Source: Octopus vulgaris
Lineage: Eukaryota
DNA length: 64,000 bases
Assembly: GCA_951406725.2 (NCBI GenBank)
Contig: OX597830.1
Coordinates: 4,588,001 to 4,652,000, forward strand
Direction: 5' to 3'
The translations under genes were made by a program, and so were the position numbers. The notes beneath the pieces are model-generated. The model saw only the letters and a program-made list of their open reading frames with translations, was not told where the DNA came from and made no database searches. Shown piece after piece: positions 37,968 through 51,464 of this stretch (positions are counted from its first letter, which is position 1; each line of letters starts with the position of its first letter).

Positions 37968-38409
37968 ATCCTTTCTACTATAGGCACAAGGCCTGAAAAT
38001 TGGGGTGGGGGATAGTTGATGACATCAACCCCTGTACTTGACTGATACTTAATTCATTGACCCCAAAAGGATGAAAGACAAAGTCGACCTTGGTGGAATT
38101 TGAACTTAGAACGGAGTGGCAAACAAAATACCACTAAGCATTTCACCCTGTGTGCTAATGATTCTGCCAGCTTGCTGCCTTGAAATATTAATAATTCTTT
38201 CTACTAGAAGCACAAAGCCTCAAATTTGGGGGAAGGGATTAAGTTGATTATATTGACCCAGTGCATAACTGGTACTTATTTAATTGATCCTGAAAGGATG
38301 AAAGGCAAAGTTAACCTCGGTGGAATTTATCCTCAGAATGGAGTGGCAGATGGAATACCACTAAGCATTTTGCCAGGTGTGCTAACGATTCTGCTAGCTT
38401 GCTACCTTG
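37968..38409 (-). mobile_element. Two tandem SINE family B copies
   Basis: 37968-38182 and 38196-38409, each with TTTCTACTA tail end, GGATGAAAG-CAAAGT body and B-box complement; flanked by (TAA)n. Confidence 0.88.
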
Positions 38410-38444
38410 AAATAATAATAATAATAACGATAGTAACAACAATG

Positions 38445-38975
38445 ACAACAAGAGATCTGGTCAATGGGCTTTGCAGAGATATAAAGAGTTGCGTAAAGAA
38501 AGAAAAACTATGGTAATAATTGTACAAGAAATTTAAGCTGATATGAAATGTCAGTAAAATGGTGTCAGATATGTGGCAAAGGAGATGGAAGAATTAGCCA
38601 TCTCTTTCATGGCTGCTGCAAGGTACCACAAGAATAATATAATTGAAGAATTAACGGAACAACAGTAAAAGATAGAGAGAAAGATTAACAGGCACATTAA
38701 AAATAGATTAATTGAATTAAGTGAAAATAATGCTTGTAAGATCTTTGACAATTTCACAGTAAAAACTGATGATTTGAGAGAAGCACTGGCATTAATATGA
38801 CCATAATAAAGAAGATGGAGTAAAACGTGAGAGATCTTAGACTTTGTTGTGGTGGGGTGTTGGAATTGTTTTGGAGTTGAAGAATGACTGGAGAAATTTC
38901 TGGAGCATATAAGCGAAAGAATTTTTCTGTTGAAATAGAGACCAAGAACAACATATAAACAATTGTTGAAGGCTG
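38445..38975 (+). pseudogene. Decayed R4/Dong-type (restriction-like endonuclease) LINE 3' region
   Basis: WCQICGKGDGRISHLFHGCCKVPQE (CCHC knuckle; cf. CRxCGxxxETxxHIxxGC), then ENNACKIFDNFTVKTD (cf. ENxxxKILWDFxIQTD), EILDFVV and LEKF; starts after (TAA)/(CAA) repeats. Confidence 0.75.
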
Positions 38976-38979
38976 GGAG

Positions 38980-39023
<44 letters not shown>

Positions 39024-39124
39024 AGAGAGAGAGAGGGGGGGGAGAGTGCATGTGTGATAGGGAGGTTAGAGGTCGAAGAAATAATGCAAGGTATTTTTAC
39101 CAAGTCTCTAATGATGCTGTCAAT

Positions 39125-39252
39125 CCACTACTACCACTACCACTACTACTACTACCACTACTACTACTAAAACCACCACCACCACCACCACCACCACCAC
39201 CACCACTACTACTACTACCACTACTACTACCACTACTACTACTACCACCATC

Positions 39253-39283
<31 letters not shown>
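39125..39283. repeat. Mixed (CTA)/(CCA) trinucleotide repeat
   Basis: Direct inspection. Confidence 0.95.
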
Positions 39284-39419
39284 AAAATAATATTAAAACA
39301 ATAAAGTGTAAAACTGAGAATGATTCATATGCAACACCTACTCAATACCGTTTGAAAATCTTTACCCGTAAAGTGCAAACAAAACCATTTCTTTGCTAAA
39401 AACCCCAAGCAACATGGAA

Positions 39420-39720
39420 CGCATTCACATCTACGGATCGATTTGGTACTGGTGCCAAAGACAAACAACGTGGACATCATATGTTTTTTTTTTCTTTTTC
39501 TCCCTGATATTATTCTCAGCAGCAATAGAGTTTTGTGTCAAGAAGTGTGCCAAAGCTGCTTTGCACTGAGGTAGGCTCCTCAACACCAACAACTCTGAAT
39601 CTAAAAAAAAAAAAAGACAATTCATAAAACACATGATGGAGAAGCGGTAGAAAAGTCTTTGAATGCTGAACAACAGATTTCATCCAACATAGAGAAACAC
39701 GAAAGAAAACAGCAAGTATC
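39420..39720 (+). pseudogene. Decayed R4/Dong-type RT fragment (domains 5-7)
   Basis: FSAAIEFCVKKCAKAALH*GRL at about 39513-39580 (cf. FSxDIGMEFGLxKCAK); frameshifted YxDDL-like motif near 39431. Confidence 0.45.
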
Positions 39721-39907
39721 ACAGAAGGTAGAGAATGATTCTGAAAATTGAAGTGAATGTTAAAAATAAAATATTTGCTTTAAACATTTTAGACGAATCT
39801 GTGATAAAGTAGAAGCTAAATGTGAAGTGTGGAAATTGTTCTAAAAACAAGGAATTCTTTATACAAACACAAATGGTTCAGATGCTCTGAGATGCATTCT
39901 AAGACAA

Positions 39908-40196
39908 CATCATCATCATTCATCATTGTTCGACCGTGGTTGAGACAATGGAATTTACCATGCTACACCAGACTTCACGGTCCATCATGGCATTACGGAG
40001 GTCCTGTTGCTGGATGCCTGTATCCCTGGAGATTACATCAGGGTAGGAAAGTGTGCACCCTCTGGTATTGTGGGTAGATGGCTTCCAGAGGAGAAGAGTA
40101 GAAATTACCTCTTTTTCAGCTCTACAACAATGTCCAGCAAACTGGACTCTCTTACCCTTCACAAGAGATGACACAGGTGGTAGTTTTCCATATATG
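39908..40196 (-). mobile_element. Young 5'-truncated RTE-clade LINE 3' end with intact reading frame and (ATG)n tail
   Basis: Uninterrupted IYGKLPPVSSLVKGKRVQFAGHCCRAEKEVISTLLLWKP...DTG...AMMDREVW...* (FAGHC.R and DR..W motifs), stop at 39923, immediately followed by a TGA-repeat tail. Confidence 0.88.
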
Positions 40197-41859
40197 TGTA
40201 GTCTTAAATATTTGATATCTTCACGCTGATTATCCCTAATGATTAGTAAATATTATAGAATGATATTTAGTCATGTTGCTATATTTGTTGTATATTTGTT
40301 GCAATGTGGTTATTTGTTCCAAACATTATATCATATCATGGCAAACTTTGTGATACTAGATAAGGTAATAATTCTTAGTGTTGTGATTGAGTAAACTAAA
40401 CAATGAACGCATCTAAAATACACACCAGAAACAGCTGCAAGTCTACAATGCACAAATAAATAAATATATGTCTAAAGCTCATTATTTATGTCTTTTCTTA
40501 TATATACATACACGTATATTTATTTATTTATTTATAATCAACAGTACACAGTTATCACTTCCACACGATGGCGAATTCGAGGAAACATACATGTATATCA
40601 TCGTTGTCATTTTTACTGTCCACTTTCTCAAACTTGCATGGACCAGATAGAATTCACTGAAGTAGATTTTCTAGAGCCAATGCCATTCTTGCTCCCAGCT
40701 GATATATGTATATTCATATATTTACATAAATACCAACAATACAGACTCAGTATTGCACCTGCCTGCATAAGAAACCTCGTTATATCTACCAATCATCAGT
40801 CATTCAAAACAATTACTTTTACATCGTAGAAACTGCACATTCAACTTTTCACAGAAACACATTCCTAATGCCAGTTTGTCTCCATTTCTAGTTACATAAA
40901 TGTAGATATATATATATATATAAATATTCACACATATGCACACACGTTCACATTTGCAAAAATATCTGTTGGTATTGTATTTTATACTATCATCATCTAT
41001 ATTTTCATAAAGTTCATAAAATGAATTCATTTACTAAAAATGTTGTCAAAGAAAATAAACACAATTTATTGTGTGCGCGTGTGTGTGTGTGCGTGTGCAT
41101 ATGTGTGTGTATATGTGTCTGAATGCCAATATACAATTCTGTCAGTTTTTGACTATTCTAGAATGATATAAAAAGAGAGAAAAAAAACCAACAAAACCAA
41201 ATTTCAATAGAAAGCTCTGTTTTTGCTGCTCTGATAACAAAAGTGTGCAAATGATAAATTTGAATTAAATTTGAGAGAGAAAAAAATGCAAAACTTCAAA
41301 AAAGAAATTAAAATAAATAAAACAGTATTTCTAATCCTTACAAAATTGTGCGCTCATCATAAAAAAAAAAAAAATTTCAATGTCTACCATTGAGAAACAA
41401 ATAGCAATGGGTCCCCACCTCACCTGCCCCTCTATTATAACATTGCATATAATAGGTTTAATGTTTTAACAAATTTTTCCCAAATTAGTTAATTTCATTT
41501 TGTTTATTTATTTTCATTGAATGTGTTTTGCAATTGTTTTTGTCAGTGAAGGTCAAAGCGCCATCTCTTATCACTAACATAAGTAGTTGGGCCATTCTTT
41601 TCATAGCTAAACCATCGTAGATGTTGTATTTGGAATAACTTTTAGAGAATTCCTACTGCTATGAAACAATGATGTGATTCTCTGCCAACACAAAAGACCG
41701 ACAATGAAATGTGTAAAAGCTGGCCTGATGGGCTTTGTTAGAGACATGAGCAACAGAGGTGAAGAGTTGTGAAACAACAGGAGATAAGCAGAAAGAAAAT
41801 GAAGAACCTATTGAAATGAGCTTATGAAAGATGTGAGGATTTCAACAAAAAATAAAAAA

Positions 41860-42001
41860 ATAATAATACTATTAATGATAATAATAATAGTATTAATAAT
41901 AATAATAGTAATAATAATAATAATTATAAATATAATAATAATAATAATAATAATAATTATAAATATAATAATAATAATAATAATAATAATGATAATAATA
42001 A
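41860..42001. repeat. Interrupted (TAA)n with a 33-bp internal duplication
   Basis: Direct inspection; ATTATAAATAT variant at about 41923 and 41956. Confidence 0.9.
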
Positions 42002-43937
42002 CAAGAACAATAATGGTAACTGACATTTATATCAAATTAGTTATATGGCAGATAAAGTTGAAATGTTGCGACAAAATACATTAAAAAAAAAACGTCCATA
42101 GCTATAAAGAGCAAAAGCTAAAAAAAATGGAGGGGGGGGGGTTAAAAATTGGAAGAAGCTAGCAAACAAAATAGAAGAGAAAAAACATCAAATCTCTCCA
42201 TTTTATAGTTTAAGGAGTCGAGTTGATTTGAAAATTAGAAATGATAATAATAATAAGATATACATGCATACACAAAACAGAAAGACAATTAATGTGACAT
42301 TGCTAACCCTTAGTTTACATGCAAACATTCTGCATATTATTAATGTGTATTAAGTAAAGTGTGTATATTGAAGACAAAACAGCAAACACTGATATTGAAC
42401 ACAACTAATGATGTGTATAAACAATATATACAAATATATAATACAATATAATGAAATTAAATGTCTCTCTATCAATCTATCTTTATATATACATACATAC
42501 ATGCATACATACATACATATATATTTGTATATATAGATACATATATATATACATACATATATATACACACACACATATATATTGTATGTATATAAGATAT
42601 ATTTATATCTGTCTAACTACTCACACATGCACATATATAATATAATCTTTTATCCCAAGTCTACTGCTGTACACAGTTCAACTTTGAGCCAGTGTTTTTG
42701 TCTTTCCTGTGGCTACCCACCCCTTCACCTACCCCCCAGCTCTTCATCAATGAATGTTACAACATTTTCATTGGTTGTTATTCAGTTATTTGTCTCTCCT
42801 CCACATCTTCTCCATCTCAGTGGTTGCAGTAGTCAAATAATTCCAGATACTCTTATAGAAACCAAGAAACTAAATGGCTGATTGCAATTACTTGGCTTGG
42901 TTGTGTGGTAAAGAGGTTTGCTTCTCAATGAAATGGTTCCAGGTTCGATACTATGTTACAGCTGCTTGAATTAATGTCTTTTATGAAGTCGAACATAGAT
43001 ATATGAATAAAATTTAGCTGGTAGAAATCTGTCAAAGTTCATTAGAGGAATCAAAGTCATCCTAGGTCATCATCATCATCATCATCATTTTAACATCCAC
43101 TTAACTATTCTTGCTGGGGTCAGATTAAGTTTATTGAGGTGGATGCCCTTCTTCTTCCAAAGTAGGGTAATATAAACGTACATACACATATACATACACA
43201 CCTATGTCAACTTATCTATCCCCCCACACACACACACACACACATACACAACAAGCTTCTTTCAGTTTCCATCTATCAAATCCACTCAAAAGTCTTTGGA
43301 TAGCCCAGGGTCTATCCAGAAGACACTTAACCAAGGTGCCATCTTGTGGAACTGAACCCCAAAACTCCAATTACACAGCCATATCTCATAATTTGAAACC
43401 ACCATCTGGCTCTTGTGTACTTTTAGCAAACGGCTCTTTGTTATAAGTATTTGGTCCTCAGAGGAAACGAGAAAGCTTGCCACTCTCAAAGCCCCACCCA
43501 AAAGCTCAGAGGCACTGCCCTTCTCCACTGACTTATCTATTCATTAAGTCATTAAATCAACACTGCTTTTCCTTTCTCAATTTCTTTCATAATCCTTTGA
43601 GAATGGAAGCCAAGGTTACTTTTTCCCAAACTTTTGCATTACAAAAACTAAATAAATAAATTAAAAACACTTTTCACTGTTGTTTTATAACTATATTAGT
43701 TTTTGAGCTCAATCAAGTATGGCTTCGTTATTGGAATTATCTAAATATTAGAGAAATGAGGGCAACATTAAATTATTGAATTTCCATTCCAAAGATATAA
43801 ATGATATTCATGAACCCCTTACAAATAATTAAACATTTACTAATAGATTATTGAAAATTCACATTGGCATTTACAGTGTGCAGGCAGGGGCAAATGAGGT
43901 TATGCATTTTGCGTTCATCTATGTCTGTATGTATGTA

Positions 43938-43975
<38 letters not shown>

Positions 43976-45554
43976 ATATATATATACACACATAAGTATA
44001 TATATATATATGTTACCATGCATATACATATCTGTTACATTCACAAACACACATGAACATTTTATATAGCCATACAGACACGCACATATATCACATATAG
44101 ACACTCACATGCATACATATACATTAATGTATATACATACACACACACACACACACACATACATATATATATGTACTATATATATATATATATATATATA
44201 TGTACTATATATATATATCCAACCCATGCTAGCATGGAAATAATGATGTTAAATGAAGATGATGATATATAAATATGTATATATATACACACACACACAC
44301 ACACAGACATACACACACAGACATACACACACACACAATGAGAGACTAGCATGTTTTTTCCATAAGCCTGTGTGTAGCGTTGTGCTGTAGATGTGTGCTG
44401 CATGCAAAGATTTAAGGGTCGATGGTGTTACATGTAGCGTGTAATGAGAATCAAATTCAACAACTTGTATGTCTACAATTGACTGAGTAACAGGGTCTGA
44501 GTAGATTTCTATGTTTGTTTGTTTAGAGGAAAGGAAAGGAAGGAGAATGGTTAACTGCTGCTGTTGTTGTTATTGCTGATGATGGTGGTGGTGGTGGTGA
44601 AGCGGAGGATAGTCATCTGTGAATGTGTTTTTTCTTTGTTTTTTGTTTTTTTTTTGAAATCCTGCTGTTTTAGATTTGAAATGTAATATAGGTATGTGGT
44701 GGGTTCTGTTACTGTATCATGTCTAATTAGCTATGAAACGAGAAAGAATGAGGAATAGGCTGACACACACACATGCACACAAGAGCAAACATTAATCATG
44801 CCAAATTGGGTTGTTTACACCCACCTTCCTTGTTTCCTTAGCCTGAATCTTGTGTCCTTAGCCTGAAAATTCCACCTCATGGAGTGAAAAAAGTAAAAAC
44901 ATTTATTTCCCATGACTGAGTGAGTGTTTAAGAAGTTTGTTTCACAACCATGTGGTCTCAGGTTCAGTCCCATTGCATGGCACCTGGTCAAATTTTCTAC
45001 TATATCCTTCAGTCAACTCCAAAATTGTGTAAGTGGAATCTGAGTGAAGCCCAATAAATGAACTGCACCTGTAACTTAAAGATCCAACCTAGTCCCACCC
45101 TGTATCACTGTGATGTGATTCTGCCTGAGAATTACATTAAGTACAGCTGTGTCTGCAGAATACTCAGCTATTTATGCAATGAACAAGGGGATCAGTTGAT
45201 GAAGCAAGTATATGTTCCTTCAAACTGACAGGGATTTGAAGGGTCAGCTGACAGATTCTTTTGAGCACCAGATAAAATGGCTTAATCTATTATGGCTAAC
45301 TATGCTCTGACAAAACTGACTTTGCCTTTCATTCTTTCAAGGTTAGTAAACAAAGAAGATGCTTAGTGCTGGCACATCCCTGTCACCTTTAGTGTTGTGG
45401 GTCAAAGGTGTGTAGGCCAAAGGGGGTTAGTGGTAGATGAAAGAGTAATGGATAGAGGACCCAACAGAGATATACCCATTGGGTAAGAGATCACCTATAG
45501 ATATACATGTCAACTACCATCACCATCTACACAATAGCTTAACAAGAATGAGCT

Positions 45555-45724
45555 TAGGGTCTGCTTAAGGCATAGGCACACTGGATGGTTGCCCAAGGGT
45601 TCCACGGGTCTAGGGACCCAATTCTGACCTATGTATTTAGTGGCTTGCTGTCAATAAATAAATACTGTAAGGCCTAGTGAAGTGATTTGCCCTGGGGACC
45701 TACAATGCTACAAAGGCAGCTCTG
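45555..45724. mobile_element. Probable hAT (Tip100-like) MITE
   Basis: Ends TAGGGTCTGCTTAAGG ... AAGGCAGCTCTG resemble CAGGGCCG-type TIRs; internal TTGCCC motifs; TSD poor. Confidence 0.45.
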
Positions 45725-46146
45725 AGTGTGTCACCTCCTAGATAGTGTGTCACCACTCATCTTGCCTTTTACTCTATGATAGAAGCCCTTTGTTATCAAC
45801 ACAAGTAATAACTCTCTGGACTTGAAACCACCCTGTTCTTAACTGAGGCTATTATACTTTTGCGAAACCCCAACTTGCTATTAATTAGGTTATCTAGGCA
45901 AGAAAAAAAAAAAAGAAAACAAGAAATTTACCAACAGTTCTCAAGGAAGCTTCTAGGCAGTTAAAGCAATCTATTTCTCATGTCTTCTTCACAGCATATG
46001 GACTTTCTGCCAACTCTTTCTTTTCTGCATATCATGCATGGCTGTTTTCTCCTAACGCTACCAGGGACCCGTCTTCTTCCCTATTCACTAAAACTTTGCA
46101 GTTTTTATAAAATTCGTTTGTAAGCCTTTTATCTTCTGCTTCATTT

Positions 46147-46161
46147 GTTACCAGCGGCAAC
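46147..46161. promoter_or_regulatory. RFX X-box consensus site
   Basis: GTTACCAGCGGCAAC fits GTNRCC(N0-3)RGYAAC, in unique sequence. Confidence 0.35.
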
Positions 46162-46272
46162 CTCCCCACCCACCCACGAACGTCACCACCCCCTCCACCA
46201 TAGTCACCATCACTTCTGCTACCATTACAATAAGTTCTTTTGATGTTATTACTTCCATTCATAGTTCATTGA

Positions 46273-46417
46273 CATTACTACTATTATTATTAGAACTTAT
46301 ACTAAGATTACTACTACTACTACCACCACCATTACTACTACTACCACCACCATTACTACTACTACCACCACCATTACTACTACTACCACCACCACTACTA
46401 CGGTTGCTGTTGCTACC

Positions 46418-46453
<36 letters not shown>

Positions 46454-46460
46454 GCTGCCA
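46273..46460. repeat. (CTA)/(CCA) repeat with a 21-bp higher-order unit
   Basis: CTACCACCACCATTACTACTA repeated about 3 times. Confidence 0.9.
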
Positions 46461-47290
46461 TTAGTACAATATTGTCGCTGCTGCTGGCACTAAAAGAAAG
46501 ACCGTCACCCCCACCACACATAACAACCACTGCATATTTTCTTTTCATTAGGCTTCATTAGTTGCCAGATAAAATGAATCCCTCTTTCATTGATTCACAG
46601 AAGCTGAAAAGACAAAGGAAATACAAAAATAAAAAAGAAAGAAGAGAAACAGCAAAAGAGAGGGCGAGGGGAGAGGGAGATCAGATGAGGGAGCTACATT
46701 CTATTCTAAGAAACATACATTACTCTGTGAGTAAGTTAGCTTTCAGCAAGGTGCTAGCTATTTGCAGCACCAATAAAAACTCAGTTATTTACCAATTTAC
46801 ATCAGGTTCCTTCATTTGTCATTGTCTTCGAAACAGAACTTTCAAGTAATTATCAATGAATTAAGAGAAATAATGAAAAAATAAAGAAGTAAGCTAATGG
46901 CCATAATGATTGTCCAATTGGTCAAGCTGTGAGTTAATAAAGAATAATAAACTTTGCCAATTTCCTTGATAAACAAAAGGCTTTTACTCTTTATATAAAG
47001 TCAGAAACTGAAAAATTCTTGTTGCTTTTAATCCATTTAGATCATGGCAAACACTTCAGTTTGCTAGAATGAAAGATCAGCAGGGGAGATAGAATGGTAC
47101 AGAGAGAATAAACTGCAGCAATGTAGAAAATAAGCCAGAAACACTTGAAGAAACAAATTATTTTAAAAGAAAGGTCATACGACACCCAGAAAATGTCAGT
47201 CTCGAAATCAATGTTACCATAATGTAGCAAAGAATGGTTTGGGAAGGAAACATCTATGTTAGATTTACAGTTTACACGTTAGATTTACAG

Positions 47291-47327
<37 letters not shown>

Positions 47328-47505
47328 TTGCTAGTCTTATTTTTATTGCATGTTTTCAGTGTAAAACTGAGCCCAGCTCTGTGTGACTTCAGTAAGTGCA
47401 ATGTCTCATTGTCTTGGGTATTTTTTGTGTTTCTGCTGCATATTGCTATGCTTCTTTTCCTCCTCCTCCTCCTTCTTCTTCTTCTTCTTCTTATTATTAT
47501 TATTA

Positions 47506-47725
47506 AAGGTGGTGAGCTGGCAGACTCTTTAGAGCATTGGTAAATATGCTGTGTGGTATTTCTTCTCGTTCTTTACATTCTGAGTTCAAATTCCACTGAG
47601 GTTGACTTTGCCTGTCATCCTTTTGGGGTCGATGAGAGAAGTACCAACTGAGTGCTGCTGTTGATGTAATCTACTAACCCTCTACCCCAAATCTCAAACC
47701 CAGCGCCTGGAATGGAATGAACTAT
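47506..47725 (+). mobile_element. SINE family B copy after (CTT)/(ATT)n
   Basis: AAGGTGGTGAGCTGGCAGA...GAGTTCAAATTCC...GTACCAACTG. Confidence 0.8.
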
Positions 47726-48271
47726 TATCATCATCATCATTATTATTATTGTTATTATTATGAAACTTATTCTGTTGCCTTGTAGCTCATATCTCATTTT
47801 AATTGTTATGTCAGATCCCAAGGTTACACACTGCACTCTTAGCTGAGAGTTTTATACCTAATTAAAAAGTCATTACTGTCATCAAATACATCATTATAAT
47901 TAGCTTACAACATTGTTACTAAAATTGCACTGAAAAACTTTTTTTTTTTACTTTCTCTTGAAATTCTTGGCCATCAGTTCAGAATGAAATCGTTTTAAAA
48001 AGAACTTATTTCAGCAGAGCAATGAGCTGCTGCTTTTGCTTGTGGTGTGAAATAGAAGATAGAATTAGGAACCATGAAAGCAGGAGGCTAATTCAGAACC
48101 AAAGATGACACAGCCAAAACCTCAGATTAATTCATAATGAAGTTTAGAAATGATAATGATATATATCTATATTGTGTGCGATGTAACTGGAAATGAGAAA
48201 ATGGAAATGTTTTCTATAGAGGATGGTGATGTTTGGGGAGCAACAAGAAAAGGATATCAAAACACACACAT

Positions 48272-48326
<55 letters not shown>

Positions 48327-50440
48327 AGCTTTCTATCTCCCTTTTACATACACACGTGTGTGAGTTAATGAGGGGATAACCAGATTAGATAATGCTGTCC
48401 TGGATGTCCCTAATGAACAGGATAGTCACAGATGGAATGTCTGATTCTAAGTCTTATTGGTTGGAGCTGATAGGGACGTAAACCATTAACCACATCACAC
48501 ACATGTGCGTGTATGTGCAACAACACATACACAAACCATTACCTGCTGTTCTATTTGCTGTCTGTAGTCTGGACTTGTTTTTCACCTGTGGTCCTCTCTG
48601 TCAGCTGTGTTGCTGTCTGAATCACCTTTAGTCATGTCTTTCACCTATCATCTCTGATCATGTCTGCCATGTGCTTTCTTCTCCATAATTTGTAGTGATG
48701 ATTACAAAAATAGGCTAAGAACATGAGAGCTCTCTACATGTTGATTTTATGTTTTATTCTGATCATTCACAGCACCATTAATTCTTCAAACATATCTAAT
48801 AAACTCTGCACCTAGAACTATTCTCTTAGAATATCCTGCGTGGAAGGGGATGAAATATGTTAAGAGGCTACAGTGCCATTGTCATCATTCCTTTTGATTT
48901 TTAACCAGTTGGAGACATATTTAATGAATTCTGTCTTATATTATGGAGCGTACCTCACCCACCCACCCAGGGAGAAAAGAAATGTTTTGTTTCAGTTACT
49001 GTATAACTTACAAATATATTCTCCCCTTACATGTTATACCAAGAGACATGTCAGAGACAGAGATATTCACAGAAACTGACTTTTTTTATAGAATTTTATG
49101 CAGCTCTGGAATTACCAATTCTTGCTTAGTCTGTTAATATTTTACTTCTAACATATTTTTATGAGAACATTCAACTAATCCATTCTCACATGATTAACAA
49201 AAGAAATCATATTAAATTCTGTATGGATTCTTGGAGAAATGCTTCTTAAGAAAAATCATGCTGTTAAAAATCTCATTGTTCTAACGAGATCTGACAGGGT
49301 AAATAAAAGATAAAGGAGAAGGAATCAAGACATTTTGGATGCAAAGCCTTTTTGATTTACACCTGCTTCTAATAGGAAAGCGAAAGAGAAAAAAAGAAAA
49401 AAAAAGAACAAATAAAAATAAAATAAAAAATGCAAAAAAAAAAAGAAAAAGAAACGGTATATTTCTCTTAAATGAAGCTACCCATTTCCTCAATCTAGTC
49501 TGAAATCAAATATTTTTACTTACATCTAAAGTTACCAAAATCTGAGAAAATCCTAAAACTGTGTCTAATTTATATATGTATATATATATATATATATACA
49601 TATACATACGCACATCTATGTGTGTGTATGTATATGTATTTTTATTTTGCCTATAACTCTAAGAGCTTTCATTCTGTCTCCCTCACCCTATCCCCTCCTT
49701 CCCCCCTACAAGTGTGTGTGTGAAGTTCTAGAGGTATCTCTATACATTTCACTCTTCCTTCTGCTGGCTGTTTTGCACTCTGGGAGGTTATGTCTAAATT
49801 AGATCTGACTCCAAAATGTCTGGTGTGGAGTTAATAAAAACAACAACAAAAGAAAGAAAATGAGAGAAATAATTAATGAACAAAAAAAAAAAACCAAAGC
49901 AAAAATAAAAAAAAACACAACACAAAACCCATAAAACAAAAACAAAACACAAATCATAATACATAATACTTAACTTTGTGAACCTCCCCCGCCACCCTCG
50001 CCCCGAACTCGGTCTCCTTGTTATGAAATACCTTCCATTATAATTATACTAAATATTCTTCTTGCTAACTTTTTGCCGTTACAATAATATGCATCATTAC
50101 AAAAAACTAATTTGACCTGCCATCCTTACGCAACAACCTCTTTCCAGCTCCATCTCTCCCTCACACACACACAGTTTGTAACCATTCAGACTCAAGAATT
50201 CAGGTGATATTTTTTTACACATTCGTTTCACACATACAGCTTCCTATGTCGGTGTTTTATTGGAACGGCGGCGGCATTGTAGAAAGTAGATGAAGGTTCG
50301 TAATAAGTTGATAGCAAAAATTTAATCCCGTATAGTTTTAGATGCATTTTCTTTGCAATAAATACACCAAGAGGAAATAAAAAAAGGAAAAAGGTTTTCC
50401 AATTTCTGTGAAGTTATGATCTTGCCAAATGTATTGTGAG

Positions 50441-50540
50441 TATATATATATATATGCATGTACGTATGTATATATATATATGTACATATGTATATATATG
50501 TATGTACATATGTATGTATATATATATATATACATGTATG

Positions 50541-50573
<33 letters not shown>

Positions 50574-51005
50574 GTATATATATATACATGTATGTGTATA
50601 TATATATATATATACATGTATGTATATATATATACATGTATGTATATATATATATGTATATATGTCTATGTATACATATATATATGTATGTGTATGTATA
50701 CATATATATATGTATGTGTATATATACATATATACAAATTTACATGTATATATATAAACATACACACACCCATATATATAGATCTATATATGTATGTATA
50801 TGTATATAGATGCTATTTTATTTATTTGAAAGGTGTGTTTGTAGAAATACAATACATAATATGTAAACTATATATATTACATATATATATGTACATATAT
50901 GTATTATACATATATATGTGTGTGTATATATATATACATACACATTCATACATATATAAATATGTAAGTATATATGTATATATATACATACACACACACA
51001 CACAT
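50441..51005. repeat. Complex (TA)/(TG)/TACATG microsatellite array
   Basis: Direct inspection. Confidence 0.95.
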
Positions 51006-51407
51006 ACAAGCAATATACCTCAGGAACATACTCCATCATACACATGCTCTTATAGTTCCACCAATAAAGCTGGATTGAACTGAATATTTTCATCTGCCTC
51101 CATTTCTCGGTTCCACTCACCTCCCTTCTCTCTACTACACACACACACTCACACACACGTGTCTACTTAAGTCATAATGTTTCTTCTGGTACTAGAAGCT
51201 CTTTAAATTAAAAAAGTAAAAATATAAGAAAAGCGGATACAAATAAAAAAGATACGGCTACCGCTTGCTCTTCTTTTTCTTCACATTTTGATAATGATGG
51301 GAAACCTTTAGGGCATTGTTAATTTACACTCTAACCAGCCATCAGAATGATGCAAAATGTCAAAGAGAAATGTAGAGCTACAATTAGTTAAACAATAATA
51401 ATAATAC

Positions 51408-51464
51408 GAAGAAGAAGAAGAAGAAGAAGAAGAAGAAGAAGAAGAAGAAGAAGAAGAAGAAGAA
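51408..51464. repeat. (GAA)n microsatellite
   Basis: Direct inspection. Confidence 0.97.

Noticed and set aside
46907-46920. TGATTGTCCAA resembling the 5' end of miR-219
   Set aside because: The match stops after 11 nt and there is no precursor hairpin
50322-51156. Long Ile/Tyr/Cys/Val/His/Thr ORFs up to 215 aa (similar at 4.6, 7.6, 14.5 and 42.4 kb)
   Set aside because: Artefacts of stop-free TA/CA/TG microsatellites
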